Below, piece by piece: positions 27,309-35,374 of a stretch of DNA of 40,824 nt. Under the pieces are notes generated by a model that ran no database searches, was not told the origin of the DNA, and saw nothing but the letters and a program-made list of their open reading frames with translations. Origin of the DNA: a virus (Duplodnaviria; Heunggongvirae; Uroviricota; Caudoviricetes); the IMG/VR virus record IMGVR_UViG_2563366969_000004, positions 1 through 40,824 of that record; one strand, written 5' to 3'. The position numbers and the translations under genes were made by a program. Each line of letters begins with the position of its first letter. The first letter of the stretch is position 1.

Positions 27309-28782
27309 ATGCAAAAGGATCATAGTCTGTGATGGCTTTGCCTTGCTGGTTCTGCTGCCCGGGAATTCGCAGACGCTTCGACACAGGGAACGCAAACGTC
27401 AGCAGTAGCGCATCGCCTTTACCAGGAGAACGCCCAAGTCGCTCTTTGATATCTTCCTTCGGTTCGATAACGATTTTACCGTCCACGCGAACTTTGTACT
27501 CTGCCGTCGACAGGTCGTCCGCTGTTTCCTGGTCATCCAGCATGCCGCCGAGCCTCAGCCATGTCTTGCATGAGTTGAACATCTCCCCACGCTTGTTGAG
27601 CATCTGCGGGTCAGTAGACGCGCCACCGAACGGAACAAGTTGCCATGTACGACCCCAGCCGTCACCGATTGACTTCAAACCGGTTCCGTAACCGAAGTCG
27701 ATGAACACCGCGTCAGCCTGATACTGGTCTTCAAAGTCAGCGATACGCTTCGCCATAATCAGATCGTCGGTAGTCTTGTTGCCAGTCCACAGCACCTTAC
27801 TGTGTAGCCCCTGCCGCAGGTATATCACCGCGTCATCAACGCCGGAGTATGCCGGGTCAACGCCGATTATCACCGGAGCATGTGCCACCTGCGCAGCGGT
27901 TACCACCCGTTTCATTGCCTCGTCAGTAAGACCGGTAGGGATAAACTGCAATTCAGATGCATCAGGGAATATGCCGCGCACACGGATTTTAACGAAGTCG
28001 CTGTCTTCCCCGTAGTCATCAACCCATTTCTGCAACTGCTGTTTGTTAGTGCCTTCCACCGTTCGGCTGTCAATCTGCGCAGTTTTCCAGCGGTGTTTAT
28101 ATTTGCGGAAACATTCGCGGAAACGTCCGGTATTACGCGTCGGGTTTCCGAACGCCACCCAGATAATCTCAGTGTCTTCGTCCGTTAGTGCACCCTCGGC
28201 AACTTCCCACACCAGATCCGCAATGTTCGACGCTTCATCGAATACCACGATGATGCGTTTGCGCTCGTTGTGTAGTCCGGCGAATGCCTCAGTGTTGTGC
28301 TCAGACCAGGGGATTGCGTCAGCTCGCCACCGCTTGTCGTGTCCAGGATCATTGCTGTACATCGCGGTAGCGGTACAGGTAAACCAGTCTTTCGTGATAG
28401 CAAGGTTCGACCACTTGATAATTTCCGGCCAGGTCTTCGTTCGTAGCTGGTTGTCGGTGTTGGCGGTCACCACAACCTTACAATCCTCGCAAGTGGACAT
28501 GCCCCAGTTGATCAGCATTGAGATGAATGCGGATTTACCAATACCGTGACCAGAAGCGCGTGCCAGCATAAGCGGCTGATAACGCGTCTCTGGATTCTGC
28601 AGGTGATCACGTATCTCTCGGAACGCATCGGCCTGCCACTGACGTGGACCGGTAGCATGTGCCAGTTCAGTCCCCTCTTCCCCCCAAGGGAACGCATAGA
28701 GGGCATAGCCAAGCGGATCGTGAGTGAACCCTGCAATATCTTCGATTAACTGCTCTTCAGGAGATAACGCTGCATCTGTCAC
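27307..28782 (-). CDS. Terminase large subunit
   Basis: 491 aa; Walker A-like GHGIGKS; C-terminal nuclease-type acidic motifs (VDPAYSGVDDAVI); directly downstream of small terminase. Confidence 0.85.
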   Translation of the reverse strand: MTDAALSPEEQLIEDIAGFTHDPLGYALYAFPWGEEGTELAHATGPRQWQADAFREIRDHLQNPETRYQPLMLARASGHGIGKSAFISMLINWGMSTCEDCKVVVTANTDNQLRTKTWPEIIKWSNLAITKDWFTCTATAMYSNDPGHDKRWRADAIPWSEHNTEAFAGLHNERKRIIVVFDEASNIADLVWEVAEGALTDEDTEIIWVAFGNPTRNTGRFRECFRKYKHRWKTAQIDSRTVEGTNKQQLQKWVDDYGEDSDFVKIRVRGIFPDASELQFIPTGLTDEAMKRVVTAAQVAHAPVIIGVDPAYSGVDDAVIYLRQGLHSKVLWTGNKTTDDLIMAKRIADFEDQYQADAVFIDFGYGTGLKSIGDGWGRTWQLVPFGGASTDPQMLNKRGEMFNSCKTWLRLGGMLDDQETADDLSTAEYKVRVDGKIVIEPKEDIKERLGRSPGKGDALLLTFAFPVSKRLRIPGQQNQQGKAITDYDPFA

Positions 28783-29384
28783 TGATTGCCATCCTGACGT
28801 TCTTTCAGTCTCTTCCTGGCTGCCGCTATGCGATCAGCAATTGTCACATTCACATTAACATCCAGGCGTTCTTTGAATGCATTGACATCGACGTGCTTAC
28901 CAATCAGTTCGAGGTTCTTCACCTTGTCAGGCCATTTAATTTTTTTGAGGATTGTCTCTATCGAATCCTCGTCCATGTTCATGATGGTCGATGACAGATC
29001 AAAGCCGCTAAGCGTAGTGCGCCAGATTTTCGGCCACTCGCGGATTGGCTTAAGGCTCCCATCGTCGTTGAGGATATCAATCACGTCCATCTGGTCGATC
29101 TCCACCAGGCGCATGAGAACGTAATCAGCACTGACGCGCATTCGTTTGTTGCGCTCCTCCATCAACTCGGCAATCCGTTTCTGAATGCGTTCATCGCGCA
29201 TCATGACACTGGCTTTAACTGCCGCTGTATTTGGGGAGAATCCTGCATTAATCGCAGCCTGAGTCTGATTTTCAGGCGTTTTGATGTATGACTGGCAATA
29301 AGCCTCCTGCATTGCTGTTAGTGGCTTAAATTGCGTTGATTTGCGTTTATAGGTTTTAGGTTCAGCAGGCATCATAACCACCAT
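28779..29384 (-). CDS. Terminase small subunit (Terminase_2-like)
   Basis: LTAMQEAYCQSYIKTPENQTQAAINAGFSPNTA matches conserved N-terminal HTH of the small-terminase family; start uncertain (in-frame ATGs at 29384, 29375, 29372; the six-frame ORF starts at TTG 29453). Confidence 0.65.
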   Translation of the reverse strand: MVVMMPAEPKTYKRKSTQFKPLTAMQEAYCQSYIKTPENQTQAAINAGFSPNTAAVKASVMMRDERIQKRIAELMEERNKRMRVSADYVLMRLVEIDQMDVIDILNDDGSLKPIREWPKIWRTTLSGFDLSSTIMNMDEDSIETILKKIKWPDKVKNLELIGKHVDVNAFKERLDVNVNVTIADRIAAARKRLKERQDGNQ

Positions 29385-29449
29385 GGTAATAGTTACCGTT
29401 GTGGTAATAGTACCATGCAAAATAAAGCCGCCATAGTTGGCGGCAGTAT

Positions 29450-29662
29450 TCAAAGTCCATCAAATTCATCGTAAAAACTCTCGTCAAGATACCCTTCCCA
29501 TTTACCGCGAATGAAAATTACATCCTCGCCGCAAGGGTGCTGACTGTCGATAACTATATCCCTCCTGGCGCAACCATACTTATGCATGAGAAATTTAACC
29601 TCTTTCGGAAAATTTGCTGAGTTATCTCTCATATCTTCAAGGTCGTAGCGTATTTTTGGCAT
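29450..29662 (-). CDS. Small hypothetical protein (70 aa)
   Basis: ATG at 29660..29662 (complement) with SD GAAGGTG; palindrome copy 3 lies just upstream. Confidence 0.4.
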   Translation of the reverse strand: MPKIRYDLEDMRDNSANFPKEVKFLMHKYGCARRDIVIDSQHPCGEDVIFIRGKWEGYLDESFYDEFDGL

Positions 29663-29671
29663 AACACCTTC

Positions 29672-29683
29672 GTGACATGTCAC
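29672..29683. repeat. 12-bp perfect palindrome GTGACATGTCAC, copy 3
   Basis: Exact match immediately upstream of the SD of 29450..29662 gene and overlapping the end of 29680..30021 gene. Confidence 0.7.
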
Positions 29684-30021
29684 ACTATTAATTTCGTTTC
29701 ATGCCAGCCTTTAGTCACCCAGCATTGCGAGTCACCATTACACGGGCATGAATTAACGGGAACTCTCTCGCCGCACTTACCGCAAAGTTTTCTGCTGATC
29801 GATTTTATACGCCCGCGCACACGTGCATCATCCTGGCGGATCAGCAGCGCGATGTACTCGGCCATTTCATAGGGATCGTGACCAGGGCGCCGGGCGGCGC
29901 AGTTCCGCGCCAGCATTTCCTGCTCCTGCTTATCCAGCACCAGTTCAATTTTGCGCTCACCGGCGGCGGACTGCCGAGCGCGCTGCGCGGCTTTGCGCTC
30001 TGCTGCTGATTTAGCCATCAA
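29680..30021 (-). CDS. Hypothetical protein with C-terminal zinc ribbon; possible regulator
   Basis: 113 aa; basic N-terminus, C-terminal CGKCG...CPC cysteine cluster; last small gene before terminase genes. Confidence 0.45.
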   Translation of the reverse strand: MMAKSAAERKAAQRARQSAAGERKIELVLDKQEQEMLARNCAARRPGHDPYEMAEYIALLIRQDDARVRGRIKSISRKLCGKCGERVPVNSCPCNGDSQCWVTKGWHETKLIV

Positions 30022-30292
30022 TATTCACCTTTATAGCGAACACCTTTACCGGTTTATCGCCGAAGTGCGGATGTGTGATTGTCTTGATTTCATATCCGTC
30101 ATACGGGACGTCAATTCTGCGGCTGGAATCGTCGCGCTTCGGATATCCCTTTGTGATAATCAGGCGGTCATACTCGCGGAACATAATTCGCTTATTCCAG
30201 TAGTCATTGCACAGGCGATACTCTTCCGTTTTCTCTCCGCGAATCATGGCATCGAAGTATTCACCTTTAACGGCAAGTTGCAGGTTAGCCAC
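30011..30292 (-). CDS. ASCH/DUF3850-like small protein
   Basis: 93 aa; MANLQLAVKGEYFDAMIRGEKTEEYR resembles N-terminal pattern of ASCH-fold phage proteins; assignment from memory. Confidence 0.4.
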   Translation of the reverse strand: MANLQLAVKGEYFDAMIRGEKTEEYRLCNDYWNKRIMFREYDRLIITKGYPKRDDSSRRIDVPYDGYEIKTITHPHFGDKPVKVFAIKVNIDG

Positions 30293-30572
30293 GACCTTCC
30301 TCCTTTGGCTTGTGAATTTGTATCGTCATGCCGCTTTGAGTGGTGACTACAACGACAGAACCAGGCTGAAGACTGTTAAGATTGAATGCTTCGTAAAACG
30401 AAGCCAAGGCCAGCGCTTTTTTATTCTTTCGGTTCCACCAACGCCATCCATTGCTACAGGCTACACTGACAATCCACTGTCCACTCCTGTAAGCCATATA
30501 AAACCAGATGAGCAAAACCTGAATGAATGCTATCCAGTCAATAATCGTATATTTCGCGAAGGAGACCATCAA
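30285..30572 (-). CDS. Small membrane protein, unknown function
   Basis: 95 aa with N-terminal hydrophobic helix, Trp-rich. Confidence 0.4.
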   Translation of the reverse strand: MMVSFAKYTIIDWIAFIQVLLIWFYMAYRSGQWIVSVACSNGWRWWNRKNKKALALASFYEAFNLNSLQPGSVVVVTTQSGMTIQIHKPKEEGRG

Positions 30573-31294
30573 TTAACCTCCTGCGGCGGTTCCGGTAGAG
30601 GCATCCAGTACAAGGCGTTCCCTAACCACGATAAAGTGCCGTCGCTCAACTCCACGTATTCCCCTTGTACCTGTCCTGCCATATACTCGCCGTGCTTTGA
30701 ATAAATTAAAATCCAATCATCTTGAGCGGGCATTCGCTCACTACAGCTTATCCAACCATCCGGAGTTACCGGATAGTTGCCAGCCTGAACAGTAGGCATA
30801 TCAGGACCTTTGCGAATCGCCCTGGCAAGATCGATTGGGTCGTCGTACAACCAGTCACCTGTTTGCGGATGATTGGCTTCTGCCAATTGTGCAGCCCACT
30901 CCAGGCCGTCTTTGTGTCCTTGCAGATAGTCCAGCGGTAACTCATCACTATTACTTACAGGTTCGGCTTCCAGTTCTGCAATGCGCTTCTCTGCAGCTTC
31001 CAGCTCAACACGCAGCTTCTCAAGCGTTAGAGCCATCTCCATGTTCTCTTCCAGCAGTTCAATCACATCAGGATCGCTATCATCAACTACTGTTATGCGC
31101 GATTTTTTGTAATGCTCGTCAGCATAAGTTCGTCCAGTTTTGAAGCATCCGTCGTCCTCCATGCCGGAACAGGCATAAACAACATGTGATCCAGATATGC
31201 GCTGCATTGACATTTCCTCGCCACAAACAGAGCATTTAGGCGCTGGTTTCGGTGAAAAACGTTCACGTAACGTCTGATAGTAAAGCTCGCTCAC
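30569..31294 (-). CDS. Ea22-like protein with N-terminal zinc ribbon and C-terminal DUF551-like domain
   Basis: GTG start at 31292..31294 (complement) preceded by perfect SD AAGGAGG and overlapping upstream stop (GTGA); CSVCG...C..C ribbon; coiled coil; C-terminal ...YWMPLPEPP typical of DUF551. Confidence 0.55.
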   Translation of the reverse strand: MSELYYQTLRERFSPKPAPKCSVCGEEMSMQRISGSHVVYACSGMEDDGCFKTGRTYADEHYKKSRITVVDDSDPDVIELLEENMEMALTLEKLRVELEAAEKRIAELEAEPVSNSDELPLDYLQGHKDGLEWAAQLAEANHPQTGDWLYDDPIDLARAIRKGPDMPTVQAGNYPVTPDGWISCSERMPAQDDWILIYSKHGEYMAGQVQGEYVELSDGTLSWLGNALYWMPLPEPPQEVN

Positions 31295-31839
31295 TGGCTG
31301 CCTCCTTTGCGAATCTGTTCCGCCCATTCTTCAAGGGATTTCTCCGCATATTCACCGGACAGGCCATCAATCGGGTGCGGTTCATTAGCCAACTCTTCTT
31401 TCGCTGACAGAATCATGCGTGTAACGTCGAAAACTTCACGTAAAGACTTATTGATAAATCCGTGGTTGAAAGCAGCAGCAAGACGGCTTGCGGTATAGTT
31501 AATCCCCTCGTTGCGAGCCTCCGCACGAATTTCAGCCAGAAAAGCATCGGTGGCTGGAGTTTCGCTGTGGTGCAGGGCATCGTTGATAATCATTGCAGCA
31601 ACTCCGGCCTGCCCTGCATCCGTGACCGACACATGCTCAAGAGTTACAGCCATTGCATGTTTCAGCCCCGCATTCTCCACAGCCAGCGCATTAGCACGCA
31701 CCAGTTGCACTTCCAGTTGCGTTGCCAAATCGCTGATCAGCTTTGCCACACTGCGCATATCAACGGCACCACATTCTGCTTTCAGTTCCGAAGCCATCTC
31801 ATGCCCGGCGGCAACTAACCCTTTGATATTACTTTCCAT
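31291..31839 (-). CDS. Hypothetical protein (nin-like region)
   Basis: 182 aa, acidic helical protein. Confidence 0.45.
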   Translation of the reverse strand: MESNIKGLVAAGHEMASELKAECGAVDMRSVAKLISDLATQLEVQLVRANALAVENAGLKHAMAVTLEHVSVTDAGQAGVAAMIINDALHHSETPATDAFLAEIRAEARNEGINYTASRLAAAFNHGFINKSLREVFDVTRMILSAKEELANEPHPIDGLSGEYAEKSLEEWAEQIRKGGSQ

Positions 31840-31900
31840 CTTTACCCTCGCTTATCCACATAACTTATTGATTACATTGATAACTAAAAAGATCGTCGAT

Positions 31901-32248
31901 TCAGAACTCTTCGATGTTCCAGCCACCACCTGCTTTCTTTGGTTTAACCGTTACCCCGATGATTCGGAACGGATACTGATCTGCGGCGACTTTGGTTTTC
32001 ACCCTGGCGTCGTCGGTCCAGAATCCCCCTTTCACTTCGTGCAGCTCCATCTCGCCGGTGGCGAGCATCACAGCAAAATCGGGCGTATAGAACGTGTTGT
32101 CAGCTAACCGCAGCTTGATACCCTCAAATCGATACCAGACGATTTCTCCTGCACGTTTACGCATCTCAAGGTGCTGGCAATACGCAGATTCTGTTTTGTT
32201 CATCTGGCCTGTTTTGAGTCGACCAAGAGCCTGTATCTGTTTTCTCAT
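31901..32248 (-). CDS. DUF1064-like phage protein
   Basis: 115 aa; pattern ...YTPDF...E.HEVKG...K.K resembles DUF1064 family; assignment from memory. Confidence 0.45.
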   Translation of the reverse strand: MRKQIQALGRLKTGQMNKTESAYCQHLEMRKRAGEIVWYRFEGIKLRLADNTFYTPDFAVMLATGEMELHEVKGGFWTDDARVKTKVAADQYPFRIIGVTVKPKKAGGGWNIEEF

Positions 32249-32251
32249 GAT

Positions 32252-32266
32252 TTACCTCTGAGGTAA
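32252..32266. promoter_or_regulatory. TTACC-N5-GGTAA palindrome, copy D
   Basis: TTACCtctgaGGTAA immediately upstream of DUF1064 gene start. Confidence 0.5.
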
Positions 32267-32313
32267 TTAAAAACCACATAAGACACGAAATCAATAGAGT
32301 TTAGAATATTTTG

Positions 32314-32328
32314 TTACCCAACAGGTAA
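32314..32328. promoter_or_regulatory. TTACC-N5-GGTAA palindrome, copy E
   Basis: TTACCcaacaGGTAA between P-like gene stop and DUF1064 gene. Confidence 0.5.
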
Positions 32329-32365
32329 CTATCAAGACATAAAAAAATGCGCTATCGCGCTGGTA

Positions 32366-33142
32366 TTACTTGATAAATCCTGCCGCCTTTCCCCGCCTGT
32401 ATTCCTCCATCAGCCACTGCGCCGGTGTTATTCCCCCCAGGGTGGCGGCGTTAGGCATGCACCCGAAACTTCGCCCTAGCGGGTGGTAAACGTCTCTCCC
32501 TGTGTCCGGAGGCGTACTCATGGGTTCTGGCTTTGCCTGTATGCTGATCACCGGATCGGGTATCTGCTGTCCGGAAGCCACCTTTTTCGCCCAATCATCG
32601 AGCAGCCTGCGCGCGTGTTTCTCAACCTCAATCTCGCTAAGCTGGCGCTGATACATTGCACGGCGGGTATCACATACGACCCAGTACATAACCGGATGCC
32701 GCCACGGGAATCTTTCGGGACCACCAGGATATAAACTTTTTTCCTTGCTGTACCGGTGAAACTCCGCCATCACATCGTCAATGGTGACGCCAAGAACCAT
32801 CTTGCTGTCTTTACACCACTTGATGAATTGCCCTGGCGACGGCCAGAACGGAGACTCACTGGCGCGGGCGTGGCGCATACCAGCGTTAACCTGTTCCATT
32901 GTAGTGATCCCATTCTCCAGAAACGCAAGCATCCATTGCTTACGGAATTCATTAAGTTTGTTCTGCTCCCTTATGGTCGAAACGCTTGCAGGAAATGCAG
33001 CCTGTAACTGGACAAATAGTTCATTGAAAATTCTAGCGACCTGCTCCTTTTTGCCATTGCTGTCACGCCGCTCTTCATGCACAGCAACACCATACTCACG
33101 TAAGCGATCGTACTCATTGAGAAGTTCTGGAGTTGATTTCAT
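32366..33142 (-). CDS. Replication protein P-like (helicase loader)
   Basis: Segments FLENGITTMEQVNAGMRHAR and FWPSPGQFIKWC closely resemble the conserved core of lambda P family as I recall it. Confidence 0.75.
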   Translation of the reverse strand: MKSTPELLNEYDRLREYGVAVHEERRDSNGKKEQVARIFNELFVQLQAAFPASVSTIREQNKLNEFRKQWMLAFLENGITTMEQVNAGMRHARASESPFWPSPGQFIKWCKDSKMVLGVTIDDVMAEFHRYSKEKSLYPGGPERFPWRHPVMYWVVCDTRRAMYQRQLSEIEVEKHARRLLDDWAKKVASGQQIPDPVISIQAKPEPMSTPPDTGRDVYHPLGRSFGCMPNAATLGGITPAQWLMEEYRRGKAAGFIK

Positions 33143-33944
33143 CCCACACCCCTTCTATCCAGTCAGTGTTATTCCAGTCAAGCTCATCGCTTTTCCCGAC
33201 GTTTTTTGATTTTCCCCTGATATGATTTACGTGCCTGGCGAATTTTTGTTCCCACTGAACCTGCGTGAACACTTTGCCCTCAGCCATCCAGTAATCCCGG
33301 AATGCAGCAAGTTCAGCAGGTGTAAATTCCGGTTCCGGCAGGGCCGTTCCCCACAGCGCAGCACGCCGTCGAAAATCCGGCGACGGATGCCAGCCATCGG
33401 TCATCGGAAATTTCCCAATAGGTTCACTCAGGCCATCCAGAAATGCAGGTTCTGCCACCTGCAACGGCGTACCGTTCGCTTCACTGGTCGGAGCACCCTC
33501 GCGCACGTGCGCTATGTGTGGGGTTTTATATATATCTTCCTCTTCCTCTTCCTCTGGTAACTCCTTTTGTAACGCTGTTGGCGTTACTTTTTGCGTTACT
33601 CGTTTTCGATGCTCTGCCACTCTTCTATTCGTAAGTGCACGTTTTTTCGATGATTCTCCATTATGTCGCTCAAAGTTTGGAAGAATTAGTTTGCCGTCAT
33701 GATAAGCAAGCCATCCGACGCTAATGAGGGCGTCAGCAAATCCTGTAATAAAAGCGAGTCTATCAAGTACTCCTTTTGTAACGCTGCCAGCGTTACCGTC
33801 TATTGTTTGCTGGTCAGCCCATGCCCATATACGAACCAGCTTTCCAAGAACAGCATCTGGATCAATACCCAGAATTTCTGCTATCTGAAAAATTTCAGGT
33901 TTATCAGGAGTGATAACTTCAACCTTAATCCAGCTGCTTGCCAT
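33114..33944 (-). CDS. Replication initiator / replisome organizer (lambda O-like role) with DnaT-like C-terminal region
   Basis: ATG 33942..33944 (complement) with SD GAGGGG; acidic EEEEEE linker; iteron-like DNA repeats inside the gene; immediately upstream of P-like gene. Confidence 0.6.
   Translation of the reverse strand: MASSWIKVEVITPDKPEIFQIAEILGIDPDAVLGKLVRIWAWADQQTIDGNAGSVTKGVLDRLAFITGFADALISVGWLAYHDGKLILPNFERHNGESSKKRALTNRRVAEHRKRVTQKVTPTALQKELPEEEEEEDIYKTPHIAHVREGAPTSEANGTPLQVAEPAFLDGLSEPIGKFPMTDGWHPSPDFRRRAALWGTALPEPEFTPAELAAFRDYWMAEGKVFTQVQWEQKFARHVNHIRGKSKNVGKSDELDWNNTDWIEGVWDEINSRTSQ
33560..33599. repeat. Iteron-like repeat 1 inside initiator gene (putative origin)
   Basis: ACTCCTTTTGTAACGCTG-ttg-GCGTTAC plus extra GCGTTAC half site; palindromic arms GTAACGC/GCGTTAC. 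Confidence 0.5.
33769..33796. repeat. Iteron-like repeat 2 inside initiator gene (putative origin)
   Basis: ACTCCTTTTGTAACGCTG-cca-GCGTTAC; same 18-nt core as repeat 1 but read in a different codon frame. Confidence 0.5.
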
Positions 33945-34137
33945 AGGTTTCCCCTCTTGCACTCTTTAGTGCACAAGCAAATTCATTACGATGGCGGTTG
34001 GCGCTATTCATTGCACATTCAACACATGTTCCGTTCAGAACATACCTTTCAGAGAGATGGCCGTGACGGCACCGCTTTCCTGTGAAATAGCGATTTAACC
34101 CGGCTTTTGCGGCCTCCATTCTGGTTACTATCTTCAA
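33925..34137 (-). CDS. Small Cys/His-rich hypothetical protein
   Basis: 70 aa from TTG start with SD AGGGG (ATG alternative at 34117..34119); CRHGH...CVEC motif. Confidence 0.4.
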   Translation of the reverse strand: MKIVTRMEAAKAGLNRYFTGKRCRHGHLSERYVLNGTCVECAMNSANRHRNEFACALKSARGETYGKQLD

Positions 34138-34215
34138 TTTTTCCGCCCCTTTTTGTTATTGATATTGGCTATTTTGCACAATTGGAAAATTTGATCAACC
34201 AGATTTGGTTTTTTA

Positions 34216-34230
34216 TTACCTTTGAGGTAC
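34216..34230. promoter_or_regulatory. Imperfect TTACC-N5-GGTAC palindrome
   Basis: ATTACCtttgaGGTAC just downstream of the terminator that follows the Cro-like gene. Confidence 0.35.
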
Positions 34231-34240
34231 GAATAGATAT

Positions 34241-34263
34241 GAAAAGACCGCCGGGTGGCGGTC
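34241..34263 (-). terminator. Rho-independent terminator after Cro-like gene (tR1-like position)
   Basis: On minus strand GACCGCC-accc-GGCGGTC followed by TTTTC. Confidence 0.55.
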
Positions 34264-34285
34264 TACAGAGGGTTGTAGCTGGATA

Positions 34286-34516
34286 TCATGAGTAGAAGAA
34301 GTATGCCAGTTCTGCTTTTGAGCGCAGCCATTGTCTTGTTTTACAGGCTTTAAAAAGCCCATTCATCAATACCTTACCTGGCATTTTGCGCTTGCCTGTT
34401 AAGTGAGTCTGGATATAGTGACTCGTCGTTCCGGCTTCCTGTGCGAAGGCTTCACGCTCATCCGGAGTAAGTGCAAGCCAGTGCTTTTTGAAATCGAAAT
34501 GTCCGTTATCGCTCAT
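34286..34516 (-). CDS. Cro-like HTH regulator
   Basis: 76 aa; HTH-like segment EAFAQEAGTTSHYIQTHLTGKRKMP; divergent from CI-like gene across operator-rich 154-bp region. Confidence 0.6.
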   Translation of the reverse strand: MSDNGHFDFKKHWLALTPDEREAFAQEAGTTSHYIQTHLTGKRKMPGKVLMNGLFKACKTRQWLRSKAELAYFFYS

Positions 34517-34583
34517 AGCTATTGCCTGATATTTATTTCAGATAATAAATATTCACCCATAAGGTAACAAAAATCAAGGATGG

Positions 34584-34598
34584 TTACCTATGAGGTGC
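34584..34598. promoter_or_regulatory. Imperfect TTACC-N5-GGTGC palindrome (OR-like region)
   Basis: TTACCtatgaGGTGC, 2 bp from next copy. Confidence 0.35.
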
Positions 34599-34600
34599 AT

Positions 34601-34615
34601 TTACCTGTTGGGTAA
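34601..34615. promoter_or_regulatory. TTACC-N5-GGTAA palindrome (OR-like region)
   Basis: TTACCtgttgGGTAA between divergent Cro-like and CI-like genes. Confidence 0.55.
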
Positions 34616-34670
34616 TATTGCTTTAAATTGAATCATCTACTGATTCATATATGAGGCGATTTTCCAGAAA

Positions 34671-35255
34671 ATGAAAAGTATCCAGGACGTCCGCAGGCAA
34701 AATCTCAACGACTTGATCGACCGTGAATTCAATGGTGTTCAGACGCGGATGGCAGAAAAACTTGGAACTCAGGCAAATCTGGTAAACCGCTGGGCTCTTG
34801 GCAAGAAGGTTATCGGCGACCAGGTTGCGCGAAAAATTGAAGCTGCCGCCAATAAACCCCGTAACTGGCTTGATATCGATCGCTCGCTTTCTCAGGAAGG
34901 TTTTCAGCCTGTCGGCCCAAGCGACATTGGTCAGCTGGCGGCTCACAACCTGGAACGCTGGATGAGCGAAAGCCGCGACCTTTCAACACAGGGAAAACTT
35001 CACCGCGCATCCGGCGTCGCCCAGGTGACAATCAGCCGCCTGTTAAACAATGAGGTCAGCGTTTCCATTTCCACCCTGGAGAATGTTGCATCCGCATTCG
35101 GGCGTCACGGATATGAACTACTGATTCACCCGCACGACCCTGCGACTATCAACTATGACCGCTCACGCTACGCATTGTTACCCGAAACCGAGAAAGCAAA
35201 GATCGAAAGTTACATTGAATTTGTCATCAACCAGAACGAAAAAAGCAAACAATAA
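34671..35255 (+). CDS. CI-like prophage repressor with two HTH (XRE-type) segments, no S24 peptidase domain
   Basis: 194 aa; HTH-like QTRMAEKLGTQANLVNRWALGKK and SGVAQVTISRLLNNEVSVSISTLENVA; no Ser-Lys autocleavage module recognisable; no SD within 10 nt of ATG; strong terminator follows. Confidence 0.6.
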   Translation: MKSIQDVRRQNLNDLIDREFNGVQTRMAEKLGTQANLVNRWALGKKVIGDQVARKIEAAANKPRNWLDIDRSLSQEGFQPVGPSDIGQLAAHNLERWMSESRDLSTQGKLHRASGVAQVTISRLLNNEVSVSISTLENVASAFGRHGYELLIHPHDPATINYDRSRYALLPETEKAKIESYIEFVINQNEKSKQ

Positions 35256-35275
35256 AACTATATTTTTCAGTAAGT

Positions 35276-35299
35276 AAGCCGCCTCATGGCGGCTTTTTT
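35276..35299 (+). terminator. Rho-independent terminator after repressor gene
   Basis: AAGCCGCC-tcat-GGCGGCTT followed by T6. Confidence 0.65.
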
Positions 35300-35312
35300 A
35301 TTGCCATCAAGA

Positions 35313-35327
35313 TTACCTTATGGGTAA
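35313..35327. promoter_or_regulatory. TTACC-N5-GGTAA palindrome (OL-like region)
   Basis: TTACCttatgGGTAA. Confidence 0.55.
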
Positions 35328-35374
35328 TTTTTTTAACTCATATCTATTGACATCAAACCAAATACGCATAATCA

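Noticed and set aside
31511-32107. 198-aa plus-strand ORF spanning two minus-strand genes
   Set aside because: Crosses a minus-strand gene boundary, Ala/Ser/Cys-rich composition, no RBS
34107-34295. 62-aa plus-strand ORF between Cro-like gene and small Cys/His gene
   Set aside because: Runs through the minus-strand terminator hairpin and an operator copy; more likely regulatory DNA than coding
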